Of a stretch of 64,000 bases of DNA, positions 40,202 through 53,971 are shown piece by piece (position 1 is the first letter of the stretch; every line of letters begins with the position of its first letter). The stretch covers positions 19,096,001-19,160,000 of the forward strand of contig NC_043004.1 in NCBI RefSeq assembly GCF_006345805.1, written 5' to 3'. Both the position numbers and the translations under genes were made by a program. The notes under the pieces are model-generated. The model saw only the letters and a program-made list of their open reading frames with translations, searched no databases and was not told the origin of the DNA. This stretch comes from Octopus sinensis. Lineage: Eukaryota.

Positions 40202-41340
40202 CACGGTGTCTCAAAATTCATTATCTATTTTGAGAAATAATTGGGGTAATGAAAAACTGATTTAAATTTGAATAGTATATTTATTTCAAAGTATATGCTG
40301 CAAAGAATTAGTGTTCCACAAGTGATTATCAGTGTTACTACATATCTCAAGGCGATAAATAGCTTCCTGGAACACACTTTCCAGAATTTGGGATGCGATG
40401 TTTGGAACTGCATCATCAATAAAATTTCAAAATGCTGCTACATCTCCAATTTTATTTGTGTATTCCACTGACTTAACGAACCCCCAAGCGAAAAAACAAA
40501 TCTAATGGTGTTAAATTGGGTGAGTGTGCTATCCACGGTTACATTTCTCCACGACAAATACAACTAGGAGGGAAGCGAGTGCCAGGACAGTTACGTACGA
40601 TTTTTGTATAATGGCACGGCGCTTCAATCTTTTGAGAAACTACCGTGTCAAGAATGCCACCTATGAGAATTTGAAGCTCAAGAAATTGTTCAAGCATATC
40701 AAAATATACTTTTCTTTGGACCGTAGTTTCTGCGAAGAAGAAAAATCCATACACATTTGACTTAGTCATAATAAGCCAAACATTCACTTTCGGTGTATTT
40801 CGTTCCCATTCAAGAAATTCAGTTGGCCTCTCACTAACCCAAATGCAATAATTATCACGACTAACCTTTTCAAGTGTTTGGAAGTTCGCTTCATCACTGA
40901 ACAGAGTTTCGTTGATTAACTTGCCACTTTCAGTTTGAAGCTCAGCACATATCGCTGATCTGGTTAGATATTTGTAAGTTGTGAAAACCTTTAATGTGAT
41001 GATCTTTTTTGATCACATCACTTCGTAGGATTCTGTTGACTGATGCATATGGAATTTCTAACATACTAGCTGCTCTACGAGTCGATAATTGCGGATCGTG
41101 TTTGCATTGCTGACTATAAATTGATAAGACTTTGATTTTAGAGAAATTAAATTGGCTAGCTATTGCGGTATTCATAAATTTTCTTATGGTTTTAGAATTA
41201 TACATAGATTAAATAAATAAACAAACAAATAAATATCTTTATCAATGTGTATTTGAAGGACGTCTCTTCCTTAAAGGAAAATAATTGCAATGGAAATTTT
41301 AAACAGATACAATCAAATAATCGGCAAGCTCACACCATGT
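40202..41340 (-). mobile_element. Degenerate mariner/maT-like DNA transposon (right boundary approximate)
   Basis: NVYGFFFFAETTV...YFDMLEQF, HSPNLTPLDLFF (cf. WPPRSPDLTPLDFF), STRRAAS; CACGGTGTCTCAAAA TIR-like left end. Confidence 0.7.
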
Positions 41341-43974
41341 TCTTATAGTTAATGACTTTTAAAATAAGGCCAGTGACGAGACACTAATCACGTACCTATT
41401 ACAAGCGAAGTAACGGTAATAATGATTCCACAGAGCATCTAAGACTTCTTAGATAGAGTACTATGTAATCGTTTTCTTTTCGCCATTTTTAATTACTTTC
41501 TTTTTGGTGGAACCTTATATTCTGGTTATCAGTTTTCTTTTTTTTTTTAACTAAAGCAGTGTGAGAGTTTCTTATTACTCATGGGCATTGTTTGCGTTCG
41601 AAACCAGTGTGTTTATAAATATGAAACATTGCAAAGTTAATGAGAGCAAAGAGTTTCCCATTATTTATTTTTCTTCACATGCAAAATACAAATGAAACCT
41701 AATGATAACGATGTTTTTGTGAAGTCTTCGGTGTAGTAACGTATTAATATAAATTCGAAACCATCGATTTAATTTCGATTTAAATATTTTTAATAATCTC
41801 TAGAAATCTTTATGGTACTGAATCATATGCTGTTTTTGTATTATTAAAATTTACTTGTATGTCTTTCGTAACACTACAATGTCGCAATGGAATCAAGGTA
41901 TTAAACTGCAACTAGTCTGCTAAGAAGTTCGAATTTTAGACTTAAAGTCTAAAAACTATACAAAGCAATCATATTTGTATCACAAATAATATAAATATTG
42001 CTCAAATATTTGATACATAAGCAGTAGAGTAGATAGTATACTTCTTCACATATACATCTTTCTTAATATAGCAGTAGTCTGTATAACAGTCGTAAGCAAG
42101 AAATATTTCTTAATCCTGGAATTATAATTCAATTAAACCGTTATTTCCTGCTTCTTATATAATTTTCTTCCCACTTATTCAAGTATAAGCTTTGGTAATA
42201 TCTTTGTTCTTATTTCACATGTTTTCTCCTAAAATTCATAAAATTTTGGGCAATAATACTACACGGAAATGCATTCCATTAATTGAAAATATATGACAAA
42301 ATTTGAATTTGATCCATAAAAATTCAGCTGTTTCTTAAAAGAATTTTCATTGATTATATACATAGAATACAATTTACTAATTGTTTCGTACTGAAAGAAT
42401 TTTTATTTTTTAAAAAACTTCTTTTATTTCAGCTATGTTATAAATCTTATGCACCTTTACTTCAATGTTTATATTCCGCATTTAATAATGTATTTCTTCT
42501 TTTCACAATACTAAACTTATAGAATTTCATTATATAAAGATTTCTCCTACATAATACTATTTATTTTTCCCAGGTGTTTTATGAATTTATTTACTATGCT
42601 TTAATTTTCACAAATGTTTCTTATTACACACTTCGTCGCAACCTCTGAAAGCTCTATAATTATGCCCCACAAATACATTCATCATTTTTGTTCATATCAA
42701 TAGAACAATTTCTTTTGTCATTTTCGAACTTTATTTCTATTGATTTGCTTCATTGGAAGAATCCTCTTGCCGATACTTTTTTTCTCCTTTAAACATAAAA
42801 ATATTCTTTTTGAAAAGAGTGATGAATCATTAAATTTCTGCCGAGCCAATGTGTTTCAACTCTTCCTTAAGAGTACGCTAAATAAAATTGTCATTTTATT
42901 CCTTTGTGATTATTTTGCTATTTAGCTAACTACAGTTACAACGGCTAAAATCATATCGATTTCCAGTCAGTTGAATTTAGCATACAGTCGATTATAGATA
43001 CTATGTTTGGTAATTGGCGTGTAATACAAGATTCTACTTCCAGTTGCTTACCTGCGAGACTTTTGTTTCTTGCGAAAGTGTGTAACAACAGTTTTTAAAC
43101 TAATACTTTCTACATCGTCCTCTACTACCGAAGATTCATGTTATGAGAAACAGAAATGCATATAGTAGGGGGAGAAAAGAATTTTTTTTTCAAATAGTTT
43201 TTTTATTACTAAAGGACTTACATACTTGTTTCATGAAGAAATAACTTTTAAACCTATAATGTGTTAAGAAAACTGTAAAGTTGGAAATAGTTGTTGAACA
43301 TAGTAAATAACATGAACACTTGCTCTCCGTATGATGTATTTCCTTAAGTATAACATCAACGCAGAAAAAATGATTTTACATGTTACAAATATGAATATTT
43401 GCAGCATTAACAATTTTCGATGTATTTGCTATTGCATAAAACCAAATAATAAAGTTCGATCAGATACTTATTAGCACTACACTATTTCAATTTTGAGGTA
43501 CTGAAAACTTTTACTAACTTACATTCCAATTCTTCTAGAACGTCCTATGTCGAATAAGAAATTGCACGTTATTTTATATTTTCAAAAAGACAAAACAATA
43601 ATCTTCCGCAGATGAACGGAGGACAATGTGAAGACTCGTTAGAAATTTGCAGAATAAACTTTTAAAAAAAGGGTGATAATTTAGTAAACAACTTTCTGTA
43701 GATTGGTAAAATATTCCCCCCCACCAAAAAAAAAACACTAGCCAAACAGTATACCAAAAACTACTCCATAACGAACGCGATGAGGTTTTAGTTTCTTGTA
43801 TGATTAGCCACTCGGTGTTTAGACAGCAAACCAAACAAATTAGTAGAATATATTGTATGATATATGTTTTATGATCGGGAATTGCATATGTAAAGAAAAC
43901 CATTAAAAAGAGTAAGAGTATTAGTAAGGAAAAGGGAAAGTCAGTAACTTCATTTGAATATTCACCATGAAATA

Positions 43975-44125
43975 TTTAGATTATTTACATTATTTACATT
44001 CGACGGATATTTGTCCTCTTCTTGTTTGTTAACGCAACGTTTCGGCTGATATACGTTCCAACCTACTTCAGGTGTCTTGGGGAAATTTCGAACCTCGGTC
44101 CTCATTCCTAAGGTATTTTTCGATG
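43975..44125 (-). repeat. Short hammerhead-bearing repeat (motif 44032-44075) abutting (TAA)n
   Basis: Minus strand ACAC-CTGAAGT-A-GGTTG..CAGCC-GAA-ACGT-T-GCGT; core A9 mutated. Confidence 0.55.
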
Positions 44126-44270
<145 letters not shown>

Positions 44271-45432
44271 TCCAGTAGTTTTATTTGTATAGCGTGCTTT
44301 CACTTCACTACCAAGCGCAGCTCTGCCTACCTTGGGTATGTGCTGTGATTTGATGTGATGCTTTTATGGTTACTGTATTGAAGGTGTTTTGCGTTGGATG
44401 TGCCCAGTAGTGCAATTTTCTGTATGTTATATATATTTGTAAGTCCTGGTGTTTATGTTAAGTATTTGTCTGAATATTTTTGATCATACCTAATGCGCCT
44501 ACTATGAAAGGAATTGTTTCTCTTTTTTGATTCTACATTCGAGTTACCTCTATTTCCAAGTCTTTCTATTTTGAAATTTTCTCCATTTCTTTTAGAGACA
44601 CGTTGTAATCTGCAGTTATTGATACATAATTAGAAAGCATTTTTTCTTCATGATCTCTGACAACTATATCTGGCCTATTGGCCTAATTTTTGTATGTGTG
44701 TGTATTGGCATATCACAGAGTATGGTTGCTTTCTCGTTTTCTGTGACCTTTTCTGGTATCTGCCTATACCATTTTTTTCCAGTTGTTATTCCATAGTGTT
44801 GGCATATCTTCCAGTGTATATAGGTCCCAACGCTGTCGTGTCTGTGAATATATTCCTTCTTAGCCAGGACTGGGCAGCCAGAGATAATGATTTATTGTTT
44901 TTTTATCCATCTCCACATATTCTGCAGTTACTTGTTATGTTTCTCTGCAAGATATGTCTTTGGTAATTTCTGATGGGGAGGCTTTGGTCTTGTGCAGCAA
45001 TTAAAAATCCCTACGTCTCTGCTTTGAGTCCTGAACTTCTCAACCATTGTTGGGATTTTTCTCTGTCTATTTCTTTTGCATTTAGTTTAGTCCAGTATTT
45101 GCCATGAAGGGGCTTTTCTTACCATCGTTTTATCATGGTCCGTCGCTGTTCTAGTTTTAGCTTGGATTTCATTTGTTATAGCATTTGTTGTTTCTTCCTT
45201 TTCTTCATCATATTTGTTAGGTAGTATGATTTCTTGTTTGTATTCGTCAGCTTCTTTAAATACTGAGTGTTTTTGTATTGCTCGTGTTTTGCCGTTATTT
45301 GTATCAGTTTTCCTTGCTTCTGAAGCAGATATTTTTTCAGTTCTATGGTGGTTATTTTATAATAGTTTTCCAGCTTTATAAGCCCTCTACCAACTTCTAT
45401 ATGTTTTATATATAGCCTTTCTATGTCAGATT
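44271..45432 (-). mobile_element. R4/Dong-clade retrotransposon 3' part (CCHC + restriction-like endonuclease), ending in (TAA)n
   Basis: RLYIK..GRGL, ETxGFLIAAQDQ, CRICGDG, EYIHRHDS, RPDIVVRD, IPFIVGALGMI motifs on the minus strand; degraded. Confidence 0.85.
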
Positions 45433-45905
45433 CCGAACGCTTCAATTCGCAAACTCCGCGGAGCTTCGAAATCTCATGAGTACGAAACTCTCACTCTAAC
45501 TCGGATCTAGTTTTAAATAAACTGAATTGAAAATATTTTAAAAATTCCCAACGTTTTGGTATTACTTTAATATGGTCTAAAAAAAAACTTCTAAGTTTCC
45601 AAATTTTTGGAGTTCTTTTAAATTTGAATTTTCAACTGTTAGCATATAACAAATTCTCACCCAGATATGATCCCCATACTGTATGTTCCAGAACCAAATG
45701 AAGGGCAGATTTTCAATTCCGGCATCCTCCTGATTCCAAAAAGGTGTAATATGTCTATGTAGGGCAAATGTAGACTGAGATATAGGCGACCCCGATTGAC
45801 AGACAGAATTTAGAGTTTATTTTAATATATATATTTATGTGTGTATGTATATGCGTGTGAGTTAGTCTGTGTGTTTTTGTGCAAGTGTATATACATACAT
45901 ACATA

Positions 45906-45944
<39 letters not shown>

Positions 45945-46072
45945 TATATATAACCGATTACACTACGACTTCAAAGTCGCGCCCGTGAGAGAAACTTTCC
46001 CTGATAGCCTCTAGGTTCTCTGAATGCACATATTTTACTACATACACACACACCACACACACACACACACAC

Positions 46073-46151
<79 letters not shown>

Positions 46152-47211
46152 ATGAGAAAGAGAGGGATCGAGAGAGATAATACATACTTTTGTAGATGTA
46201 CTTCTATGTATCTGTATGTTTCGTTTTTGTTTTTCTGAGTTCAGTATGCTGGAAACTGTTTCTAAGGTGTGTTTGGAATGTATGAGTAAAATTCTTGGTT
46301 TCAAATAGTTTTCTATGAAGTTCTATGACCTTGTAAACCCCATATTGAAGTTTACGCTAGTTAAGTATTATTTGTTGGTTTAGTTGACCTTAAAATCTCC
46401 AACTAATTCTTTCCCACTTACCCGTATAATAATTTTGTCTCAAAATTCATCTATATTTTTTGCTTTTAATTTCATATACGCTTTACATAATTTTTAAGCC
46501 ATTTATTTCAAAATTTATTTTCACTTCCTCTTCTTATTTTTCTCATTTTTTTTTTTGTTTTTTTATGTTAAAGATTGTCAACCTCCCAAATTTCCCTCAT
46601 GCACTTTAACTTAATCTATATGAGTCAACGTATTTTCAGTTTTATTGATTAATTCTAACTAATTTTGTCCAGTTTCGGCCTTCGATACTTTGTAAATCTA
46701 AAGAGGAAATTTTTTCTATGTATATTTGAGTTGCATTATTGATGTAATCCTGATGTTCCGTTGATCTGATGAACGAGCTTTTTTTTTATTATATTAATTT
46801 GTGAAAGCAACACTGTTTTGTATAATGTGAAAGACATTTATAAATTCAAACATGTAGGCTAATTTTTCCATACAGAAATTAATACTACACGAAAAAGGAT
46901 GGGAAAGGACCGTAATCTTAGGGAAGTGAGGTATTAAATGAATATATATTTAGCTCTCACACCTTTTGATTTTATGGTTTTGTATACTCCGCGTGAAATA
47001 ATTTCATTGATCGTTTATTGTAGATTTTCAGTTACTTGAGCATTCTGCGTCACACTTTCAAGCTTAACTGGTTACTATACGATTTCATAGCAGCATCCCT
47101 GGGAGGAAATTTCAGTTATAGCCTCTCGGTTCTCTGAATCCACATCTTTTACTGCACACACACACACACACACCACACACACATACACACACATACAGAT
47201 ATACAGATTAT

Positions 47212-47256
<45 letters not shown>

Positions 47257-47369
47257 GACGAGCTTCTTTCAGTTTCCGTCTACCAATCCACTCACAAGGT
47301 TTGATCGGCCCGAGGTTATAGAAACTTTCGGTTGGAAAGCAAGCTTCTTACCTACAGCCACTCCTGCCC

Positions 47370-47550
<181 letters not shown>

Positions 47551-48681
47551 CATATATATAAATGTATATGTGTGTTTGTGTGTGTAGTTATAGTAATGAT
47601 GCAGTCATAGCTACAATTCTTAACTACTTAAATCTTTATCATTTCACATTTGCATGTATGAAGCCAAATGTTCTCTAAGAACCATACTACTCTTTCATAA
47701 TCCATACGAAGAATCTGGCCATCTTATAGGTGAGACACTGAGTAGTAGTTATAATGTTTTAGTTTTGTAAACACTAAAGGATGTCATTTCCCCCCGGTCT
47801 CTCTCTATTGTTCTCTTTTCGTTCCCTAATTCTCTTTGTCTTTCTCTGTGCAGGTACAGAGGGATACATATTTTTGCATGTATATATTTAGATATGTTTA
47901 ATTATTATATTTTCTGATATATGCTTGTGTGTTTGTAAATGTGTGTGTATGTGTGTGTATGTGTGTGTGTGTGTGTGTGTGTACAATTCTGCTTGTATAT
48001 GCAGAAACACACATGCACATATACACGCACATACAAATTCACTCACTCACTCATTCTCTCTCACTCTCTCTCACGCACACACAGAGGATAAGGATCTTTC
48101 AGTTACCGTCTAACACGACCATTCACAAGGTTTTGATCAGACTAAGGCGATAGCAGAAGACACTTGCCCTTGCTGCCACGATGTGGGACTGTGTCTCAAT
48201 TATGTATTATGTGTTTATGTGCATGTGTATGCTTGTGTGTGTGTGTGTGTGTGTGTGTTTGTGTATGAGTACGCGCGCGCTGGTGGAGATGGACAGATGA
48301 TATAGATAATTTTGTATATCTATGCCGGTGTTTCGATAGATTAAAATGATTAGAAATGAAATTCATCGATTTCTCTTATAAATGTCAATAGCAGTAATTA
48401 AGATTATTACATTCTAAAATTTTCCAGAGACAATTACGATAAGAATACACGATACAGGTTTTAACAATTCGAGAAACCATACTAACCCCGTTATATATCA
48501 GATGTATGAATATAAAATTTTATCATCACTACTTGTGATTGAGGGTAACAATTCACCTATATTGCAAGAAATGAGTTAAACACTCTTAAAGCCTCATGAA
48601 ACACACACAATATAAACACACAGACATGCATATACATATGTATATATGTAATGTCTTTATGTATGTATGAATATCTCTCTC

Positions 48682-48720
<39 letters not shown>

Positions 48721-48753
48721 ATCTATCTATTTATCTATCTATCTATATATATC

Positions 48754-48786
<33 letters not shown>

Positions 48787-48829
48787 TATATATATCCTGG
48801 TTTCTACTCCTTGTATAGAGTTTGACCAC

Positions 48830-49390
48830 CTCCTACCCACATAGATTGCACCTCTCATTTAGACCACCAATACCCGCAGATAAGGTCTGCTCTTTGTGGA
48901 TCTTAACATGTCTTTTGAGGCCCTCGTTGGATTTGCAAATCTTCTGCCATTCACTGATATAAACAGACAAGTTCCACACTAAATTATTTGTTTTAAATAG
49001 CATGGTGTAAGATAACATTTAAAAGGGTGAGAGAGATAACCAAAGAGAAAAAAGGGAAAGACTTAAAGATTAAGAGGGATACAGAGAGATATAATAGGGC
49101 TGAGGATGGAGATTATCTATGTAGAATAGTGGAGATATAAATTACCGTCGTCAAATAGGAGCTCATTCATTCAAGACAATTAACGATAATGAATACTTGC
49201 AAATACACATCGAACTTGCGCACAATCTATGATGGTCACAAACACAAGTAAACGTACATGTGTATGTATGCATAGACACACATATACGCATATATGTGTG
49301 GGTTTCTGTACGTGTATGCACACATATATACGTGTTTTGTATATGTGTGTTGTAAACATACGTAATGTACATATATACATACAATTATGC

Positions 49391-49459
<69 letters not shown>

Positions 49460-51480
49460 CATACATACATACATATACATACATACATACATACATTCAT
49501 ACATACATACATGCATACATACATATAATATGTGTGTGCGACTGTCTGTGTATCCATAATTGTATACTTTTTAAAACCATATATTTCCTCTGTAAGATAC
49601 TAAAGTGTTTATATTTATCTGCCTACACTATAAGCGGCTTTATTGTAACTGTCATAATTAATTTAACGTATAGTTAATACCTTTTGGCGTTACTCTTTTG
49701 TCCGCACTAACACTCAGACTTCATTTTCATTCCTAGCTGACGGGTAGTAACTATATCACCTTTCAATACATTTATTTACAAATTTTGCGTATGTTTATGT
49801 TTTTACTTCACTTTCAGAACGGGCGAGATAGAGACTTGACATATTTAACATAGATGGAACACTTAATATAGTTTAGAGGTTATATATACTTACATATTTG
49901 CAAACATTCATACCATACTTACATATATACATACATACATGCGCAACTCGAGATTTCTCAAAAGTAGCTGTCCCCTCATATACAATCCTTCTCCACTTGC
50001 TACGGTCAATAGCTAAGCCCACCCATGTGTCAGGAGAGATGCTAGCATCTCTTAAGTAAGCCTTTATACCTATTTTTTGGTTTATGTGGAGGTCGTTCTC
50101 CTTTAGCTAACTCCCCATAAAAGAGTTGTTTTGGCATCCTTTGAATCTTTCATCATGACCAGATGACCACTCCATCCGAGCCTTTGCTTCAACACAAAAG
50201 CTTCTATACTTTCACACCAAGAGCCTTCCAATATTTCAAGATCACTGATGCGGTCTTTCCACTTAATGCCATAGATCCGTCTGAGACACATCTGATGGAA
50301 ATATTCCAGTTGTTTAAGTTGGCATCGATATGTGACCCTCGTCTCGCAGGCATAAAGAAGAGAAGAGAGCACACACGCCTTGTACACCTTTATCTTTGTC
50401 TTCCTGCATATGTATCGCCAACTCCAGAGACACATTTCTAGCCTTTCGAAAGCATCACTTGCTTTCCTAATTCTGTATGGAATTTCATCATCCAAATTGC
50501 TATATCTATTAACAGTGCTTCCCAGGTAGACAAACTGGTCAACTACACTAAGTCGTTTACCATACACATAGATATTTGGTTCACGATACTACTTACCAGA
50601 GGCAGGTTGGTACAGTTTTCTTGAGACTGACTGCCAAACCTAAGGCAGCGCAAGCATCGTAGAATGCATTCAAAATGTGTTGCACATCAATCTCTATGTG
50701 CACTACTAGATCACAATCATCTGCATACAAAAGGTCACTTTGTTTTTGCAGCAAAGCGCCTGATATTAAATATGCTGCAAGAGGTTCGATAATGGAGGTA
50801 AACATCATACCTACAATTTCTGAACGCAATACAGAAAATCATCGCAAAATATATGGCAAGTAGGGTCGGTGCCCGAATACCCCCCCCCCCCGCTCCGTTT
50901 CACTCCATTTTGTATTGAGATAGGCTCTAACATTAGAGCAAATCAGGCAAGTATTACAAAGACAACCTTTAATACATAACTAAAAAGAAACCAATATCAA
51001 TGCTGACTTCTGGGAACATCTTGCATCAGATAGGGAGCTGCAGAAAAGTGTGATTGTTACTGGGTTAAGAGTCTGATAGCAACAGAGTTGCATACACTAA
51101 GTTGAAACGTGCTGTAAATATATGGATGATGTGAACATTGTGCTTGAAAAGGACACGAAAGAGTAGATTTTGTGTAACCAGTGTAGTCGCATCGGCTTCT
51201 CAAAGGCAGTCCTACTCAGCCACAAGCGTGGGCACGGAGGCGTCCCCCGTCTTCCAATGCGATATCCAATATGTTTTTGTCGTGCATCATGTGTAGCAGA
51301 GTGCATAAGGGACCAGTGGATTCACTCGTAATTGTAGGTCCCAACACTAAGAGGGTCAGGCTGTTGCTGGAAGATTGACTTGTGGAAGATGTGGAATGAC
51401 TTGCGGGTCTATAGAAGGCATTCAAAGCCATATAAAACGACATCAGTGACTGGGAGACTAAACGTGAGATATTTCTTACA
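48830..51480 (-). mobile_element. Fragmented RTE-clade LINE (RT 49950-50830; possible endonuclease remnant ~51060-51480; zinc-finger tail ~48830-48960)
   Basis: LLYADDCDL, FVYLGS, RIRKASDAF, VLSSLLYACET, LRRIYGIKWKDRI, WSGHL motifs; CKSNEGLKRHVKIH. Confidence 0.8.
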
Positions 51481-51539
51481 GTAAATAGGGTTCATGAAGT
51501 GGTCTCACTTGATCACTAGTGGACTTGTAATAAAAAAAA

Positions 51540-51735
51540 AAGAAAACGAAGAAAAACACAAGAAAATAAACAAGAACGCGAGGATGTGGAACATGCAAAG
51601 GATTAACAAGCACACAGGGAAAGAGAGAAAGGTAGTTTTACGTTTCGAGCAAAGCTCTTCTTCAAAAACAAGAGACAGCGGAAAGTTCGGGAGAAAAGGA
51701 AGACGGGGGGAAAAATTTCCAACGATCCACATGTA
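51540..51735 (-). mobile_element. PLE 3'-end copy with minimal hammerhead (51635-51669)
   Basis: Minus strand GTTT-TTGAAGA-A-GAG CTTTG CTC-GAA-ACGT-A-AAAC; homologous to 24300-24465. Confidence 0.65.
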
Positions 51736-52061
51736 GTTACACACACACACATACACAAACACATATAATGAGAGACAGAAATAGAGAGAGATATAGAGAA
51801 AGAAAGAGAGAAAGAGAGTTTGGAACCCACATTCTCTTCTGTACTACACAGTTTGTATAATACAGTTTTCGAGGCCAACGCTCCCACAATCAAGTGTATC
51901 TTCAGAGGATTTTACACCACTCTCTCCTGAATTTTACATCATGTCTTACACATATTCCCACACCACACATATGTGTGTGTTTGAATGAGTGTGTGCATAT
52001 GTATATGTATATATATACATATATATATATATGTGTGTGTGCGTGTGTGTGTGTGTGTATA

Positions 52062-52277
52062 GGCGGCGAGCTGGCAGAAACGTTAGCGCGCCGGGCGAAA
52101 TGCCTGTCGTTACGTTCTGAGTTCAAATTCCGCCGAGGTCGACTTTGCCTTTCATCCATTCGTGGTCGATAAATAAAGTACCAGTTTCACACTGGGGTCG
52201 ATGTAATCGACATAATCCCTTTGTCTGTCCTTGTTTGTCCCCTCTATGTTTAGCCCCTTGTGGGCAGTAAAGAAATA
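52062..52277 (+). mobile_element. SINE family A, well preserved, tail shared with the ORF1-only element
   Basis: GGCGGCGAGCTGGCAGAAACGTTAGC (A box), GAGTTCAAATTCC (B box), GCCTTTCATCC..GGTCGATAAATAAAGTACCAG central domain, tail TTGTCTGTCCTTGTTTGTCCCCTCTATGTTTAG. Confidence 0.9.
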
Positions 52278-52291
52278 TATATATATACGTA

Positions 52292-52391
<100 letters not shown>

Positions 52392-52398
52392 CATATTT

Positions 52399-52540
52399 AG
52401 GGCATTACTACACGTAAATGTTTCAGGCTATAAGGGACTCTTAAAGTCAAAACTACCTTAATGAACATGTATATTTATTATGGTAGTTTTGACTTTAAGA
52501 GTTTCTTATAGCGTGAGGAATTTACGTATACTAATACCCT
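52399..52540. repeat. Imperfect ~70-bp-arm palindrome (MITE-like hairpin)
   Basis: ACTCTTAAAGTCAAAACTACC / GGTAGTTTTGACTTTAAGAGT perfect core with weaker outer arms. Confidence 0.8.
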
Positions 52541-52747
52541 TAATATTGTAAATGTACTTAAAAGAGAATAAATTAATTATAAATTTTGTATAAAATTTTA
52601 CCATAACTGGTTTTTCACACTGGCTACTTGATATTTTCCGATATAGATTTTCTCCTTATATTTAATGACACACACGCACTCACACACACATACACACACA
52701 CACACAACACACACACACACACACACACAGATATATATATATATATA

Positions 52748-53511
52748 TTTATATATAGAGGGCATTATTATACATACATGCCTCACGCTAAGAGGGACAT
52801 CAGTCATTTCTACCAAAAAATTTTACTAATCATACCCAATGCAATTTTTCAAAGCAAGACATTTAAAAAATGAATTTAGTCTTGTATCACCTGTGATTTC
52901 GTACTTACCGCAGAATTGCGACCGTACTCATCAGCAAGACTGATTCTGAATATATCATAAATAAACGACCTGTACCGCCGAAGTCGAACAGCCATCTGCT
53001 CTCTCCCAACGAAGCACATGGAGAAGTTTACATATTATACATCCGGTAAATGGCGGGCTTCTTCGAATTGCATTTCGGATAGGAAAAGTTTTTTCGGAAT
53101 AAATTTAAATCTAACAATTAAGGATAACTTCTTAATAAGGAATCTTAACAAGAAATTATCAGGTAGATAGCGTGAAAAACCTCATAAGAGAAAAATTTCG
53201 AAAATAATTCTTTCTTATTGAACATATTAATTTTTTAAATGTCTTGCTTTTTTTAAATGTCTTGCTTTTTTAAATGTCTTGCTTTGAAAAATTGCATTGG
53301 GTATGATTAGTAAAAAAATTTTTCGGTAGAAATGACTGATGTCCCTCTTAGCGTGAGGCATGTATGTATAATAATGCCCTCTATATATAAATTAATATGT
53401 TCAATAAGAAAGAATTATTTTCGAAATTTTTCTCTTATGAGGTTTTTCACGCTATCTACCTGATAATTTCTTGTTAAGATTCCTTATTAAGAAGTTATCC
53501 TTAATTGTTAA
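52748..53511 (-). mobile_element. Non-coding hammerhead-bearing element: ~480-nt monomer plus inverted junction copy (retrozyme/PLE pLTR-like)
   Basis: Arrangement A(52750-52870)-M-B(53112-53232)-rcA(53266-53390)-rcB(53389-53510), flanked by (TA)n. Confidence 0.8.
52878..52941 (-). ncRNA. Type I hammerhead ribozyme, canonical core
   Basis: Minus strand AGTCTTG-CTGATGA-GTAC[ggtcgcaattctgcggtaa]GTAC-GAA-ATCAC AG GTGAT-A-CAAGACT: all three stems pair, all core bases present, AUA cleavage triplet. Confidence 0.9.
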
Positions 53512-53513
53512 AT

Positions 53514-53548
<35 letters not shown>

Positions 53549-53558
53549 AATATATATT

Positions 53559-53592
<34 letters not shown>

Positions 53593-53822
53593 ATATATAT
53601 ATATATATATGCGATTGTAAGCGGGTTAGTGAGAAGACATTTTAAAAAGACTCCAGATTAATTGGGAATTAGCTAACTTCAAGATTAAAATCTTAAATAG
53701 ATCATTTTCCCCATCGTCAGCGCAATACATGTAGATATACATAGTAAGGTATGTACTTTTCATATTTCACATGTACTTTTCATATTTTTTATATTGTGAT
53801 ATTATTCTTTGGACTAACAATG

Positions 53823-53906
53823 ATTGCGGCTGAAGAGAGCTTTAATAATACACTGATGTAATAACAGATAGATTGTTTATAAAGCTTGAAACACGTGTAC
53901 CGCGAT
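53823..53906 (+). ncRNA. Type I hammerhead ribozyme with palindromic stem III, sense to the GPCR
   Basis: ATTGCGG-CTGAAGA-GAGCTTTA...TAAAGCTT-GAA-ACACGTGT-A-CCGCGAT; GUA cleavage after 53899. Confidence 0.8.
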
Positions 53907-53971
53907 ATCCTTTGTTTTCTGTTTTTGATTTTATTTGATATATATATATATCTTTTTTCATGTATTTCTAG

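Noticed and set aside
45433-45830. Helitron-like non-autonomous element (also ~14040-14200 and ~36140-36572)
   Set aside because: Only weak terminal resemblance; no clear 3' hairpin plus CTAG
53690-53730. CTGACGA on the minus strand as a hammerhead core
   Set aside because: No downstream GAA with matching stems found
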